Assembly: GCA_934699525.1 (NCBI GenBank)
Contig: CAKUWP010000008.1
Location: 5,603 to 69,602, forward strand
Source: an uncultured Bacilli bacterium
GTDB taxonomy: Bacteria; Bacillota_I; Bacilli_A; RFN20; CAG-826
Direction of reading: 5' to 3'
Length of the DNA: 64,000 nucleotides
In this document: positions 49,404 through 58,309 of the stretch, piece by piece
Position numbering within the stretch: position 1 is the first letter of the stretch
Layout of the letters: the number at the start of each line of letters is the position of its first letter
Made by a program: the position numbers and the translations under genes
The notes under the pieces: model-generated
What the model saw: the letters and a program-made list of their open reading frames with translations, nothing else
Databases searched by the model: none
What the model was told of the DNA's origin: nothing

Positions 49404-51782
49404 ATGTTAGAAGTCATCAAAAGAGATGGGAGCATTCTCCCCTTCGACTTATTGAAAATCAAAAGTGCGATCGAAAGAGCTTTCCGTGCCGAGCACAAGG
49501 AATTCACCCCCGATATCATTGAGCTCCTCGCTTTAAGGGCGACGGCCGTTTTCAACACCAAAGTCAAAGACGAAAAAGTCAGCGTTGAAGACATCCAAGA
49601 CGCCGTTGAAATTGCTTTGATTCAAACGAATTACATCGACGTAGCGAAGTCCTATATGGAATACCGCAACAAACACGCGGCATTGCGTCAAGTTAAGAAT
49701 ACGTCTTTGGACTTCAAAAACGTCGTTGATAACTACCTTCGTATTGCAGACTGGCGCGTGAAAGAAAATTCCACCGTCACCTATTCCGTCGGCGGTTTGA
49801 TCTTAAGCAACTCCGGTGCGGTCACCGCCAACTATTGGCTCAGCGAAGTCTACGACAAAGAAATCGCCGATGCTCATCGCAACGCCGACATCCACCTTCA
49901 TGACTTATCCATGCTCACTGGCTATTGTGCTGGTTGGAGCTTAAAACAACTTATTCAGCAAGGATTAGGCGGCGTCGCTGGTAAAATCACCTCTAGCCCC
50001 GCCAAACACCTTATGACCCTTTGCAACCAAATGGTCAATTTCCTGGGCATCATGCAAAACGAATGGGCCGGCGCTCAGGCGTTCTCTTCCTTTGATACCT
50101 ATTTGGCCCCGTTTGCCGAGGTTGATCATTTAACCTATAAGGAAGTGAAGCAATGCATCCAATCCTTCATTTATGGCGTGAACACTCCAAGCCGTTGGGG
50201 AACTCAGGCCCCCTTCACCAACGTTACCTTGGACTGGACCGTTCCCGATGATTTGAAGAACCTTCCCGCCATCGTTGGTGGCAAAGAGATGCCTTTCACC
50301 TATGGCGATTGCAAAGAAGAGATGGATATGATCAACCGTGCTTTCATTGAAGTCATGATTGAAGGCGATGCGAACGGCCGTGGATTCCAATATCCAATTC
50401 CGACCTATTCCATCACCAAAGACTTCGATTGGTCGCCCACCGAGAACAACAAGCTCCTCTTCACCATGACCGCCAAATACGGCACCCCCTATTTCTCCAA
50501 TTACATCAATAGTGACATGAAGCCGAGTGATGTCCGTTCCATGTGCTGCCGTTTGCGTCTCGACTTGCGTGAATTGCGCAAGAAGAGCGGCGGATATTTT
50601 GGTTCTGGCGAATCTACGGGATCGATTGGCGTCGTCACCATCAATATGCCGCGCATCGCTTATTTGTCCACGAGCAAAGAAGATTTTTATGCTCGTCTTG
50701 ATCGTTTGATGGATATCTCCGCCCGTTCTCTCAAAATCAAGCGTGAGACCATCACCAAACTTTTGGATGCAGGCTTATACCCCTACACCAAGCATTACCT
50801 TGGTTCCTTTAAGAACCACTTCTCCACCATCGGCCTCGTTGGCATGAATGAAACCTGTCTCAATGCCCGTTGGATTCATGAAGACTTAACGCACAAAGCG
50901 GCTCAAGATTTCACCGAAGAAGTATTAAATCATATGCGTAATCGCCTCTCTGATTATCAAGAACAATATGGGGATTTGTATAACCTTGAGGCCACGCCAG
51001 CCGAATCCACTTCCTTTCGTTTGGCCAAACACGATAAGAAGCGCTACCCGAACATCATCACGGCCTCCAAGGACGAAGGAACTCCTTTCTACACCAATTC
51101 CTCGCACTTGCCCGTCGGCTATACCGATGACATCTTTGATGCGCTAGATATCGAAGATCGTTTCCAAACCCTTTATACCTCGGGAACCGTTTTCCATGCG
51201 TTCCTCGGCCAAAGATTGCCGGACTGGGAATCCTGCATGAAATTGGTTCGTAAAATCGCCGAGAACTACAAATTGCCGTATTACACCATTTCTCCCACCT
51301 ATTCTGTTTGCGAGGATCACGGCTATCTCTCCGGTGAACAATGGAAGTGCCCGATTTGTGGAAAAGAAGCCGAAGTCTATTCCCGTATTACGGGTTATTA
51401 TCGCCCGGTCAAAAACTGGAATGCCGGCAAAACCCAAGAATTCAAGCAAAGAAAGACCTACGACATCAACGAAAGCCAGCAACCCCACCATCATAACGAT
51501 ACATGCTGCTGTGCGGCTCCCAAAGAAGAGAAATCCAGCGGACCCGTCAGCACGTTAATGCTCTTCACTTCTCCTTCTTGCCCGAACTGCAAAATGGCGA
51601 AGATGATGTTGGATAAAGCCGGCATTGCCTATGAATGCATCGATGCTGCCAGCCATCTGGAATTAACTCAAAGTTTCGGTATCAAACAAGCTCCGACGTT
51701 AGTTGCTCCTGGCACGGATGGATTCGCCATCTACGAAAACGCCAGCAACATCAAAGGGTTCATCAACACCCAAAAGAAATAA
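49404..51782 (+). CDS. nrdD: anaerobic ribonucleoside-triphosphate reductase (class III) with N-terminal ATP-cone and C-terminal glutaredoxin/NrdH-like domain
   Basis: ATP-cone MLEVIKRDGSILPFDLLKI. Finger loop SMCCRL. Zn site C...CPICG and Gly-radical motif SRITGYYRPV. An extra approximately 90-aa tail has LFTSPSCPNCKMAKMML...APTLV. Confidence 0.9.
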   Translation: MLEVIKRDGSILPFDLLKIKSAIERAFRAEHKEFTPDIIELLALRATAVFNTKVKDEKVSVEDIQDAVEIALIQTNYIDVAKSYMEYRNKHAALRQVKNTSLDFKNVVDNYLRIADWRVKENSTVTYSVGGLILSNSGAVTANYWLSEVYDKEIADAHRNADIHLHDLSMLTGYCAGWSLKQLIQQGLGGVAGKITSSPAKHLMTLCNQMVNFLGIMQNEWAGAQAFSSFDTYLAPFAEVDHLTYKEVKQCIQSFIYGVNTPSRWGTQAPFTNVTLDWTVPDDLKNLPAIVGGKEMPFTYGDCKEEMDMINRAFIEVMIEGDANGRGFQYPIPTYSITKDFDWSPTENNKLLFTMTAKYGTPYFSNYINSDMKPSDVRSMCCRLRLDLRELRKKSGGYFGSGESTGSIGVVTINMPRIAYLSTSKEDFYARLDRLMDISARSLKIKRETITKLLDAGLYPYTKHYLGSFKNHFSTIGLVGMNETCLNARWIHEDLTHKAAQDFTEEVLNHMRNRLSDYQEQYGDLYNLEATPAESTSFRLAKHDKKRYPNIITASKDEGTPFYTNSSHLPVGYTDDIFDALDIEDRFQTLYTSGTVFHAFLGQRLPDWESCMKLVRKIAENYKLPYYTISPTYSVCEDHGYLSGEQWKCPICGKEAEVYSRITGYYRPVKNWNAGKTQEFKQRKTYDINESQQPHHHNDTCCCAAPKEEKSSGPVSTLMLFTSPSCPNCKMAKMMLDKAGIAYECIDAASHLELTQSFGIKQAPTLVAPGTDGFAIYENASNIKGFINTQKK

Positions 51783-51784
51783 AC

Positions 51785-52699
51785 ATGTTTGACACCATCA
51801 TCATCGGCTGTGGCCCTAGTGGAATGACGGCCGCCCTCTACTTACTTCGCGCCAACAAAAGTGTTTTATTGTTGGAAAAAGAAGGAATCGGTGGGCAAAT
51901 CGCCGAAAGCCCACGCTTAGAGAATTATCCCTCAATTCCTTCAATTTCAGGCAGTGAATTCGCGGATAAATTATTTTCTCAAATCCAAGACCTTGGGGCG
52001 GAATTTGAATTCGCGGAAGCCCTTGAAATCCAAAAAGAAGGGGATACGTATATCGTTAAAACGGATGGAGACGCCTATTCCGCTCGATCCATTATCCTAG
52101 CAAACGGTTGTAAACATCGAAAACTAGGGCTTGAGAGAGAAGAAGAATTCACCGGCCACGGCATTTCTTATTGCGCAACCTGTGACGGGGCCTTCTTCAA
52201 AGACCAAGATGTCGTTGTCATCGGCGACGCCAATAGCGCTCTTCAATACGCGATTGCTTTAAGCGAAATCTGCAAACACGTTCAAATCATGACCCTTTTT
52301 GATCGATATTTTGCCGACCCTATCCTCGTGGAACGCATCCAGGAAAATCCGAAAATCTCTGCCCAGCACGAATGGTCCGTCATTCGGTTCGAAGGGGATA
52401 AAGATTTAACGGGAGTGACCTTCCAAAACACCAAAACGAAAGAAATCCAAACCATTCCTTGCCAAGGATGTTTCATCGCGATTGGCCAAATCCCCCATAA
52501 CAACGCCTACGCTTCTCTAGTAGATTTAGACCATGGCTTCATCGTTACGGACGAAAATATGGCGACGAAAACACCGGGCTTATTTGCCTGTGGAGATACC
52601 CGCGTCAAAAAGGTTCGCCAAGTTGCAACGGCGATAGGCGATGGGGCAAATGCCGCCATGAGCTGCCTTGCTTATTTGTCCTCACTCGTAGCCGCGTAG
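51785..52699 (+). CDS. thioredoxin-reductase-like flavoprotein lacking canonical NADPH-binding motifs
   Basis: Start at ATG 51785 (MFDTIIIGCGPSGMTAAL), 2 nt after the nrdD stop. Redox CATC is present. GDANSA replaces GGGxxA, and MTLFDRY sits where HRRDxFR is expected. Confidence 0.85.
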   Translation: MFDTIIIGCGPSGMTAALYLLRANKSVLLLEKEGIGGQIAESPRLENYPSIPSISGSEFADKLFSQIQDLGAEFEFAEALEIQKEGDTYIVKTDGDAYSARSIILANGCKHRKLGLEREEEFTGHGISYCATCDGAFFKDQDVVVIGDANSALQYAIALSEICKHVQIMTLFDRYFADPILVERIQENPKISAQHEWSVIRFEGDKDLTGVTFQNTKTKEIQTIPCQGCFIAIGQIPHNNAYASLVDLDHGFIVTDENMATKTPGLFACGDTRVKKVRQVATAIGDGANAAMSCLAYLSSLVAA

Positions 52700-53374
52700 A
52701 GACACTTCTTCCACATCATCGCGGAGAATAGAAACAAACTTCTCCGCTTTTTCTTTGCTAATGGGGTGGAAGCCGTGTTCCAAACACCCCGCTCGATCTT
52801 CATATTTTTGCAAGTAATATCGTTTGGCGCCGTGAATCCATTGCCCCATGGCCTTCATTGCTTCTTCATCGTGGAATTCTTCCATGATGGTGGTGCGGAA
52901 TTCGTAACCGATGCCACTATTTTGTAGCAATTTAATAGAACGATCGATGGATAATAAATCGATAGACGTCCCTGCTGTTTTTGGATAATTCACAGGAGAA
53001 TTCTTGATATCCATGGCGATATAATCCACCAATTTCTCTTGAATAAGTTTTTCTAATAAATCCGGTTTCCAACCATTGGAATCCAGTTTAACCACATAAC
53101 CAAGTGCTTTAATTTGACGTAATTTATCTTCCAAATCAGGAAGTAGGGTCGGTTCCCCTCCGGAGATGCAAACCGCCTCCAAAACACCTTGTCGTTTCTT
53201 AAGGTAATCCAAAATCTGCAACCAGGGAATTTTAGGAGCGCTAGTTGGATGAAGCACTAGTTCGCCATTATGACAGAAAGGGCAGCGGAAAGGACAGCCA
53301 GCCACGAAAAGCGTCGTCGTTAAACGATGGTCAAAATCAACAAGCGAAAGCTTCTCCCAACCAGAAAAATCCAT
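52682..53374 (-). CDS. nrdG: anaerobic ribonucleotide reductase activating protein (radical SAM)
   Basis: Start reset to MDFSGWEKLSLVDF... (ATG ending at 53374). CPFRCPFCHN cluster and ...ISGGEPTL... Confidence 0.88.
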   Translation of the reverse strand: MDFSGWEKLSLVDFDHRLTTTLFVAGCPFRCPFCHNGELVLHPTSAPKIPWLQILDYLKKRQGVLEAVCISGGEPTLLPDLEDKLRQIKALGYVVKLDSNGWKPDLLEKLIQEKLVDYIAMDIKNSPVNYPKTAGTSIDLLSIDRSIKLLQNSGIGYEFRTTIMEEFHDEEAMKAMGQWIHGAKRYYLQKYEDRAGCLEHGFHPISKEKAEKFVSILRDDVEEVSLRGYE

Positions 53375-53385
53375 ACACGTCCCTT

Positions 53386-53916
53386 TTATTTCATCGTAAT
53401 GATGCGCCCTTCTTTTCTTGGGGCAGCTTGAGGTTTCGCCCCTTTGGCATAGCCTAATGCAAGGTGGCCAATTCCTTCCCATTCGCCTTCTAGGCCCCAC
53501 TCCTTGAGCCACTCTTTTCCTTGTTCGGTCTCGAATTCTTCTTTTGCGCGATGAATCCAGCAAGAACCAAGCCCCACCGCATCCGCGGCAAGCATCAGAT
53601 TTCCCATAACAAGGCTTCCATCGTAAACATGGGTGGAAATGTTTTTATTCGTCAAGACAATCAAAATAACGGGTGCGCCATAGAAAGGATCAAAATCCGT
53701 GGGCCACCCGCCAATTTTTGCATTCAATTCCCGAATTTCTTTTCCCAATTTTTTATTTTCAATTTGTACAATAACGGTACCCTGGGTACCGCGCCCGCTG
53801 GCAGCGTAGAGCCCCGCTTCCATCACTTCATCAATGAGATTTTGATCCGGAATCCGTTCATCAAACGAACGGACGCTGCGACGTTTTTTCATCGCTTCTA
53901 TTACTCTATTTTCCAT
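53386..53916 (-). CDS. nitroreductase-family protein
   Basis: ...MKKRRSVRSFDERIPDQNLIDEVMEAGLYAASGRGTQ... Confidence 0.82.
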   Translation of the reverse strand: MENRVIEAMKKRRSVRSFDERIPDQNLIDEVMEAGLYAASGRGTQGTVIVQIENKKLGKEIRELNAKIGGWPTDFDPFYGAPVILIVLTNKNISTHVYDGSLVMGNLMLAADAVGLGSCWIHRAKEEFETEQGKEWLKEWGLEGEWEGIGHLALGYAKGAKPQAAPRKEGRIITMK

Positions 53917-54079
53917 CTATCCTAACCTCCGGAAAGAGTATAGCACGCGGGTAAAATTTGCCTTAGATATTTTCATCGGCTAGAATATTGGGGATTCGTC
54001 GGAGGGCAAAACGTCGGAACGTTTCAGCCGGATAAGACGCTTGGGTGCGCCCAAGAAAGCCGTTCGGAGGTTTTTTGCT

Positions 54080-55426
54080 GTGAAAAAAATTAAGCTATCG
54101 GACCACTTTACTTTCCGCCGCATTTTATTAGCGGTACTTCCATCCGTAACCATGATGGTTTTTTCGTCAATTTATACCATTGTTGACGGGTTGTTCATCG
54201 CGGAATTCGTCGGAGAGGACGCCTTTGCCGGCATTAATCTTGCTTGGCCTTTTATCGCCATTTTATGGGCCGTTGGGTTCATGATGGGCAGTGGGGGCAG
54301 CGCGCTTGTTGGGAAAACGTTGGGGGAAGGGGATTCTAAAAAGGCGAACGAGATTTTCTCCCTCATCATCTATGCGACCATTGCTTTGAGCATCGTGGTT
54401 TCGCTCATCGGGTTCTTTTCCATGGAACCTTTGATTCGCTGGATGGCGAGTTTATCCAATGGCAACACGGAAGGCATGGTTCAGAACGCCTTAACTTACG
54501 GCCATATTTTGGTTATCTTTCTGCCATTCGCCATGTTGCAGAACGTTTTTCAATCTTTTTTCGTCACGGCAGAAAAACCTATCACGGGATTCTTATTCAT
54601 CTTTATCGGAGGCGTTACCAACATCATCACCGACGCCATTTTCATCGCGGGATTTCACTGGGGAATCGAGGGCGCCGCTTGCGGGACCATCCTCGGCCAA
54701 ATCGTCGCCGGCGTCGGACCCGTTTTCTATTTCTTGTTCAAAAAAGACATGCGCCTCCGCTTAGGAAAACCCCGTTTCGACCTCATGGCCTTGATCAAAA
54801 CCTGCACCAACGGCGTCAGCGAATTCGTTTCCAACATCGCTGGTTCCATTGTCGGCATGTGCTATAACGCCCAACTTCTAGCCTTCATTGGGCCGAAGGG
54901 CGTTTCCGCCTATGGAATCATCATGTATATCGCTTATGTCTTCCTTGCCATGTTTATAGGCTATTCCATCGGCATCTCCCCCATTATCAGTTACCACTAC
55001 GGCGCAGGAAACAAAAAAGAGCTCCACGGGCTCTTGACGAAATCGCTCATCATCATCGCGGTTACCAGTTTGGTTATGTTTGGATTGTCGGAAGGGGTTG
55101 GACCGCTTTTCGCCAAAGCGTTTTGCGAAGGAGATGGCGAACTCCTGCAAATCACGAACGACTCCATCCGCATCTACAGCTTCGTCTTCTTGCTAGCCGG
55201 GTTCTCGATTTTTGGCTCCGCGTTCTTCACCGCGCTCAACAACGGTTTGGTTTCCGCTGTCATTTCGCTAGTCCGCACCTTGGTTTTTGAAATTATATTT
55301 GTTTGGACGTTCCCTTTGGTTTGGGGCGTCATGGGCATTTGGGTTTCCGCGCCTGCAGCGGAAGTCGCCGCGGCGGTCCTCACCTCCTGTTGCTTCTTTA
55401 TCGGATGGAAAAAATACGGATATTGA
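54080..55426 (+). CDS. MATE-family efflux transporter
   Basis: 12-TM profile, ...LLAVLPSVTMMVFSSIYTIVDGLFIAEFVG... GTG start at 54080 has GGAGG 9 nt upstream; the tracked TTG at 54041 is the alternative. Confidence 0.85.
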   Translation: MKKIKLSDHFTFRRILLAVLPSVTMMVFSSIYTIVDGLFIAEFVGEDAFAGINLAWPFIAILWAVGFMMGSGGSALVGKTLGEGDSKKANEIFSLIIYATIALSIVVSLIGFFSMEPLIRWMASLSNGNTEGMVQNALTYGHILVIFLPFAMLQNVFQSFFVTAEKPITGFLFIFIGGVTNIITDAIFIAGFHWGIEGAACGTILGQIVAGVGPVFYFLFKKDMRLRLGKPRFDLMALIKTCTNGVSEFVSNIAGSIVGMCYNAQLLAFIGPKGVSAYGIIMYIAYVFLAMFIGYSIGISPIISYHYGAGNKKELHGLLTKSLIIIAVTSLVMFGLSEGVGPLFAKAFCEGDGELLQITNDSIRIYSFVFLLAGFSIFGSAFFTALNNGLVSAVISLVRTLVFEIIFVWTFPLVWGVMGIWVSAPAAEVAAAVLTSCCFFIGWKKYGY

Positions 55427-55439
55427 TTCTTCTTGTCCT

Positions 55440-55860
55440 TTATTTTGCGAAATCCGTTTTCATCGCTTCTTTCCCGATTCGGAGAGTTTCCTTTTTATCC
55501 AAGGGAGAGATTCGCACCATCACCCCTTCCACACGAACTCGATAACGGATGGCGTCCACGCGCCGAAGATTTTAAGCCAATGCCTCCTTGGTGTCGCCAA
55601 GCTTCTTTTCATCCACTTCAGCGAAAACCATTTTGGCATAGGGACCATTTTGATGCATGGAAGCAATCGGACTCCCATAAGCGTGAGCGGCTCATTGGGA
55701 ACCAGCCCCTTCGTGCCAGTCACAAACAGAGACGATATTCCCGAAATTCAAAGGCCGTATCCGACTTAAAGAGCATGGGATCGCCGGAAGGGATCGGCCA
55801 AGACGAATTTAAAGAAAGAGGCCGTCGGCAAGTCCGACAGTAGCCCCTTTTAAAGGAAGG
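55440..55860 (-). pseudogene. decayed ORF remnant (unknown family)
   Basis: Own minus-strand translation gives ...GNIVSVCDWHEGAGSQ*AAHAYGSPIASMHQNGPYAKMVFAEVDEKKLGDTKEALA*NLRRVDAIRYRVRVEGVMVRISPLDKKETLRIGKEAMKTDFAK*. There are two in-frame stops and an apparent frameshift upstream (WPIPSGDPMLFKSDTAFEF is in another frame). Confidence 0.35.
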
Positions 55861-56191
55861 GGATCCGAGATCTCCATTAGACCTTACGCTTTTTGTTTTT
55901 GGATTTCTTGTCCGCCCTTGCCAACAAGAAATCTTGCATATGGGCAAGAAGTTTCATGTCGATATTGAAGAAATAAACGAAGAAGAGGAATCCAAACAAA
56001 ATCAAAATCGCACCCAAGACCGTGAGAACGATGCTGAAATCGTATTGATTCTATTCTTAAGTTCTTTTTTTGAAACGGCTTTTCTTTAGGAAAATGCCAA
56101 TTTTTAATGGCATATCGGTAAAAGTGTATTTCAAATTCGATGCAAGCCCGTTCCAGTGGGTGTAATCTAATGGACGTAAAGGAGTTTTTGT

Positions 56192-57595
56192 ATGAAACAG
56201 TTTATGGGCGACGACTTCCTCCTGCATGGGGAACTCGCGGAAAAACTTTATAAAGAGCATGCACGAAAGATGCCGATCTTTGACTTTCATTGCCATTTGG
56301 TTCCGGAACAAATCGCTTCCGACTACCACTTCTCTTCCATCACGGAAGCCTGGCTCGGCGGAAAAGGATACGGCGACCATTACAAGTGGCGTCTCTTACG
56401 GGAAATGGGCGTTCCCGAAGAATACATCACCGGAGAAAAATCGGATTGGGAAAGATTCCAAAAATACGCGGAATGCATGCCCTACTTCATTGGTAACCCC
56501 ATCTATGAATGGACCCATTTAGAGTTAAAAACCTATTTTGGAATCACCAAACCTCTATGCCCCGAAACGGCCAAAGAAATTTACGACGAATGCAACGAAA
56601 AATTAAAGACGTTGTCCGCGCGTAAAATGATGGAACTCAACCACGTGGAAATCGTTTATACCACGGATGACCCCGTCGACGATTTGCATTTCCACGAGCA
56701 AATGGTCAAGGATCCAACTCTCAAAACGAAGGTATCCCCCTGTTGGAGACCGGATAAGGCCACGAAAATTGACCAAGCGACCTTCCTTCCTTGGCTCCAT
56801 CAACTCGAAACGGTGGTTGGTCGTAAATTAGCCACGCTTCAGGATTTATTCGACGCAATGGATGAACGCCTCGCTTATTTTGTAAAGCACGGCTGCCACG
56901 CAAGCGATCACGGACTAGACACCTTCCATTACACTAATGGGTCTTATGAAGAAGCTAATGTCGTCTATCAAAAAGCCTTAAAAGGCGAAGAGCTCACCGA
57001 AAAAGATTTAGACGTCTACCAAGGGGCATTGCTCGTTCATTTGGGCCGTCAATACCATAAGTATGGCATGGTGCAGCAATACCATATCGGCGCGCTCCGC
57101 AATAACTCCACCCGTCAATTCAACGCCCTCGGCGTGGATTCGGGATATGACGCGGTCGGCGATCGCAACTACGCCGAGAAATTAAGCCTGCTGCTCAATG
57201 AGTTGGATAAGACCGACGAATTGCCCAAGACCGTTCTTTATACTTTAAACGAAAAAGACTACATCTCGTTGGTGAGCCTTATGAACTGCTTCCAAAATAG
57301 CGAAAAAGGCAAAATCCAACTTGGCACCGCCTGGTGGTTCAATGACCATTACGAAGGAATGATGAATCAACTCAAGAAGCTTTCCGCGGACGGATTGCTC
57401 TCCTGCTTCATCGGGATGCTCACGGATTCGCGCAGCTTCCTTTCCTATCCTCGCCACGATTATTTCCGTCGCGAACTCTGCGATTATATCGCACATCTCG
57501 TCGAAGAAGGGCGTTACCCCTATGACGAGAAGCGTCTTGGCGAGATCGTGGAAAATATCTGCTATTACAACGCAAAATCCTATTTTGGAGAATAA
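56192..57595 (+). CDS. uxaC: glucuronate isomerase
   Basis: 467 aa, MKQFMGDDFLLHGELAEKLYKEHARKMPIFDFHCHL...WWFND..., typical UxaC. Confidence 0.92.
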   Translation: MKQFMGDDFLLHGELAEKLYKEHARKMPIFDFHCHLVPEQIASDYHFSSITEAWLGGKGYGDHYKWRLLREMGVPEEYITGEKSDWERFQKYAECMPYFIGNPIYEWTHLELKTYFGITKPLCPETAKEIYDECNEKLKTLSARKMMELNHVEIVYTTDDPVDDLHFHEQMVKDPTLKTKVSPCWRPDKATKIDQATFLPWLHQLETVVGRKLATLQDLFDAMDERLAYFVKHGCHASDHGLDTFHYTNGSYEEANVVYQKALKGEELTEKDLDVYQGALLVHLGRQYHKYGMVQQYHIGALRNNSTRQFNALGVDSGYDAVGDRNYAEKLSLLLNELDKTDELPKTVLYTLNEKDYISLVSLMNCFQNSEKGKIQLGTAWWFNDHYEGMMNQLKKLSADGLLSCFIGMLTDSRSFLSYPRHDYFRRELCDYIAHLVEEGRYPYDEKRLGEIVENICYYNAKSYFGE

Positions 57596-57608
57596 GAAAG
57601 CAAACAAG

Positions 57609-57648
57609 GCCGTTTGAAGAACCGAAAGGCTCATCAACGGTCTTTTTT
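57609..57648 (+). terminator. probable uxaC terminator
   Basis: Imperfect stem GCCGTTTGA...TCAACGGT followed by CTTTTTT. Confidence 0.45.
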
Positions 57649-57938
57649 ATTGGGCGCAGATAAAATAAGGCATTTCGGTTTTCGTGGCGTAAGCGACAAT
57701 AGAGGAGTCCATTTCCTTATTTTATTAATCACGATAATCCAGCAAGAATCCATAACGACCCTCGTCCGCTTTGTGGGTGAATTCAATAACGTTGGTCTTC
57801 TCTCTCAGAGTGCTTGTCATGAAAAAGTTGTTGGTGTTTTCAATAACGATGATTTGACTTCCTTCCGCGGCCATCAGGACCTTGAAGGGGCGGCTGGTCA
57901 TAAACCCATCCTTACTGTTTCGCCGCTGGCACGCTCGT

Positions 57939-58287
57939 TGCTCCCTCTCTCTTGGCACGCAAGCCATTGAAGAAATCCAACAGAAGGACCTTGTCCTCTC
58001 ATACGACGAAAAGTTTGGAATCTGCGATGAAAGAGAGGTTTTGGACGTTTGTGTCAGCGAGGCCACTACTTCCTCACGGAAGAGGGTTGGAAGCCCGCGT
58101 CCGATAAAGAGTGCGAACTGTTGTGGGACATCAAATTCGAAAAGTTTGTGATGCCAATTCAAGCATACAATTTTAACGTTCAGGGGTTCCGTACGTATGT
58201 CGTATTGTGCGGTGCTTGTTCATCGTACATAATGGTTATGGTTATTGTGAGAACCTGAACGAAAGCAACAAAACAATTTTGCGTTGA
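57939..58287 (+). pseudogene. frameshifted Hint-domain (polymorphic-toxin type) C-terminal remnant
   Basis: Three consecutive frames read as follows. First: CSLSLGTQAIEEIQQKDLVLSYDEKFGICDEREVLDV. Second: GHYFLTEEGWKPASDKECELLWD...IQAYNFNVQGFRTYVV. Third: VRCLFIVHNGYGYCENLNESNKTILR*. Together they match the Hint layout (C...GD.VLS.D...HPF..E.GW..A..L...YNF.V..FHTY.V...LVHN). Confidence 0.5.
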
Positions 58288-58309
58288 AAAAAGAGGTGTC
58301 AAAACAAAT

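Noticed and set aside
55690-55692. The in-frame TGA in the 55.4-55.9 kb remnant could be selenocysteine or Trp (code 4).
   Set aside because: The same frame also contains an in-frame TAA and needs a frameshift upstream. No SECIS-like context was looked for successfully. Gene decay is the simpler explanation.
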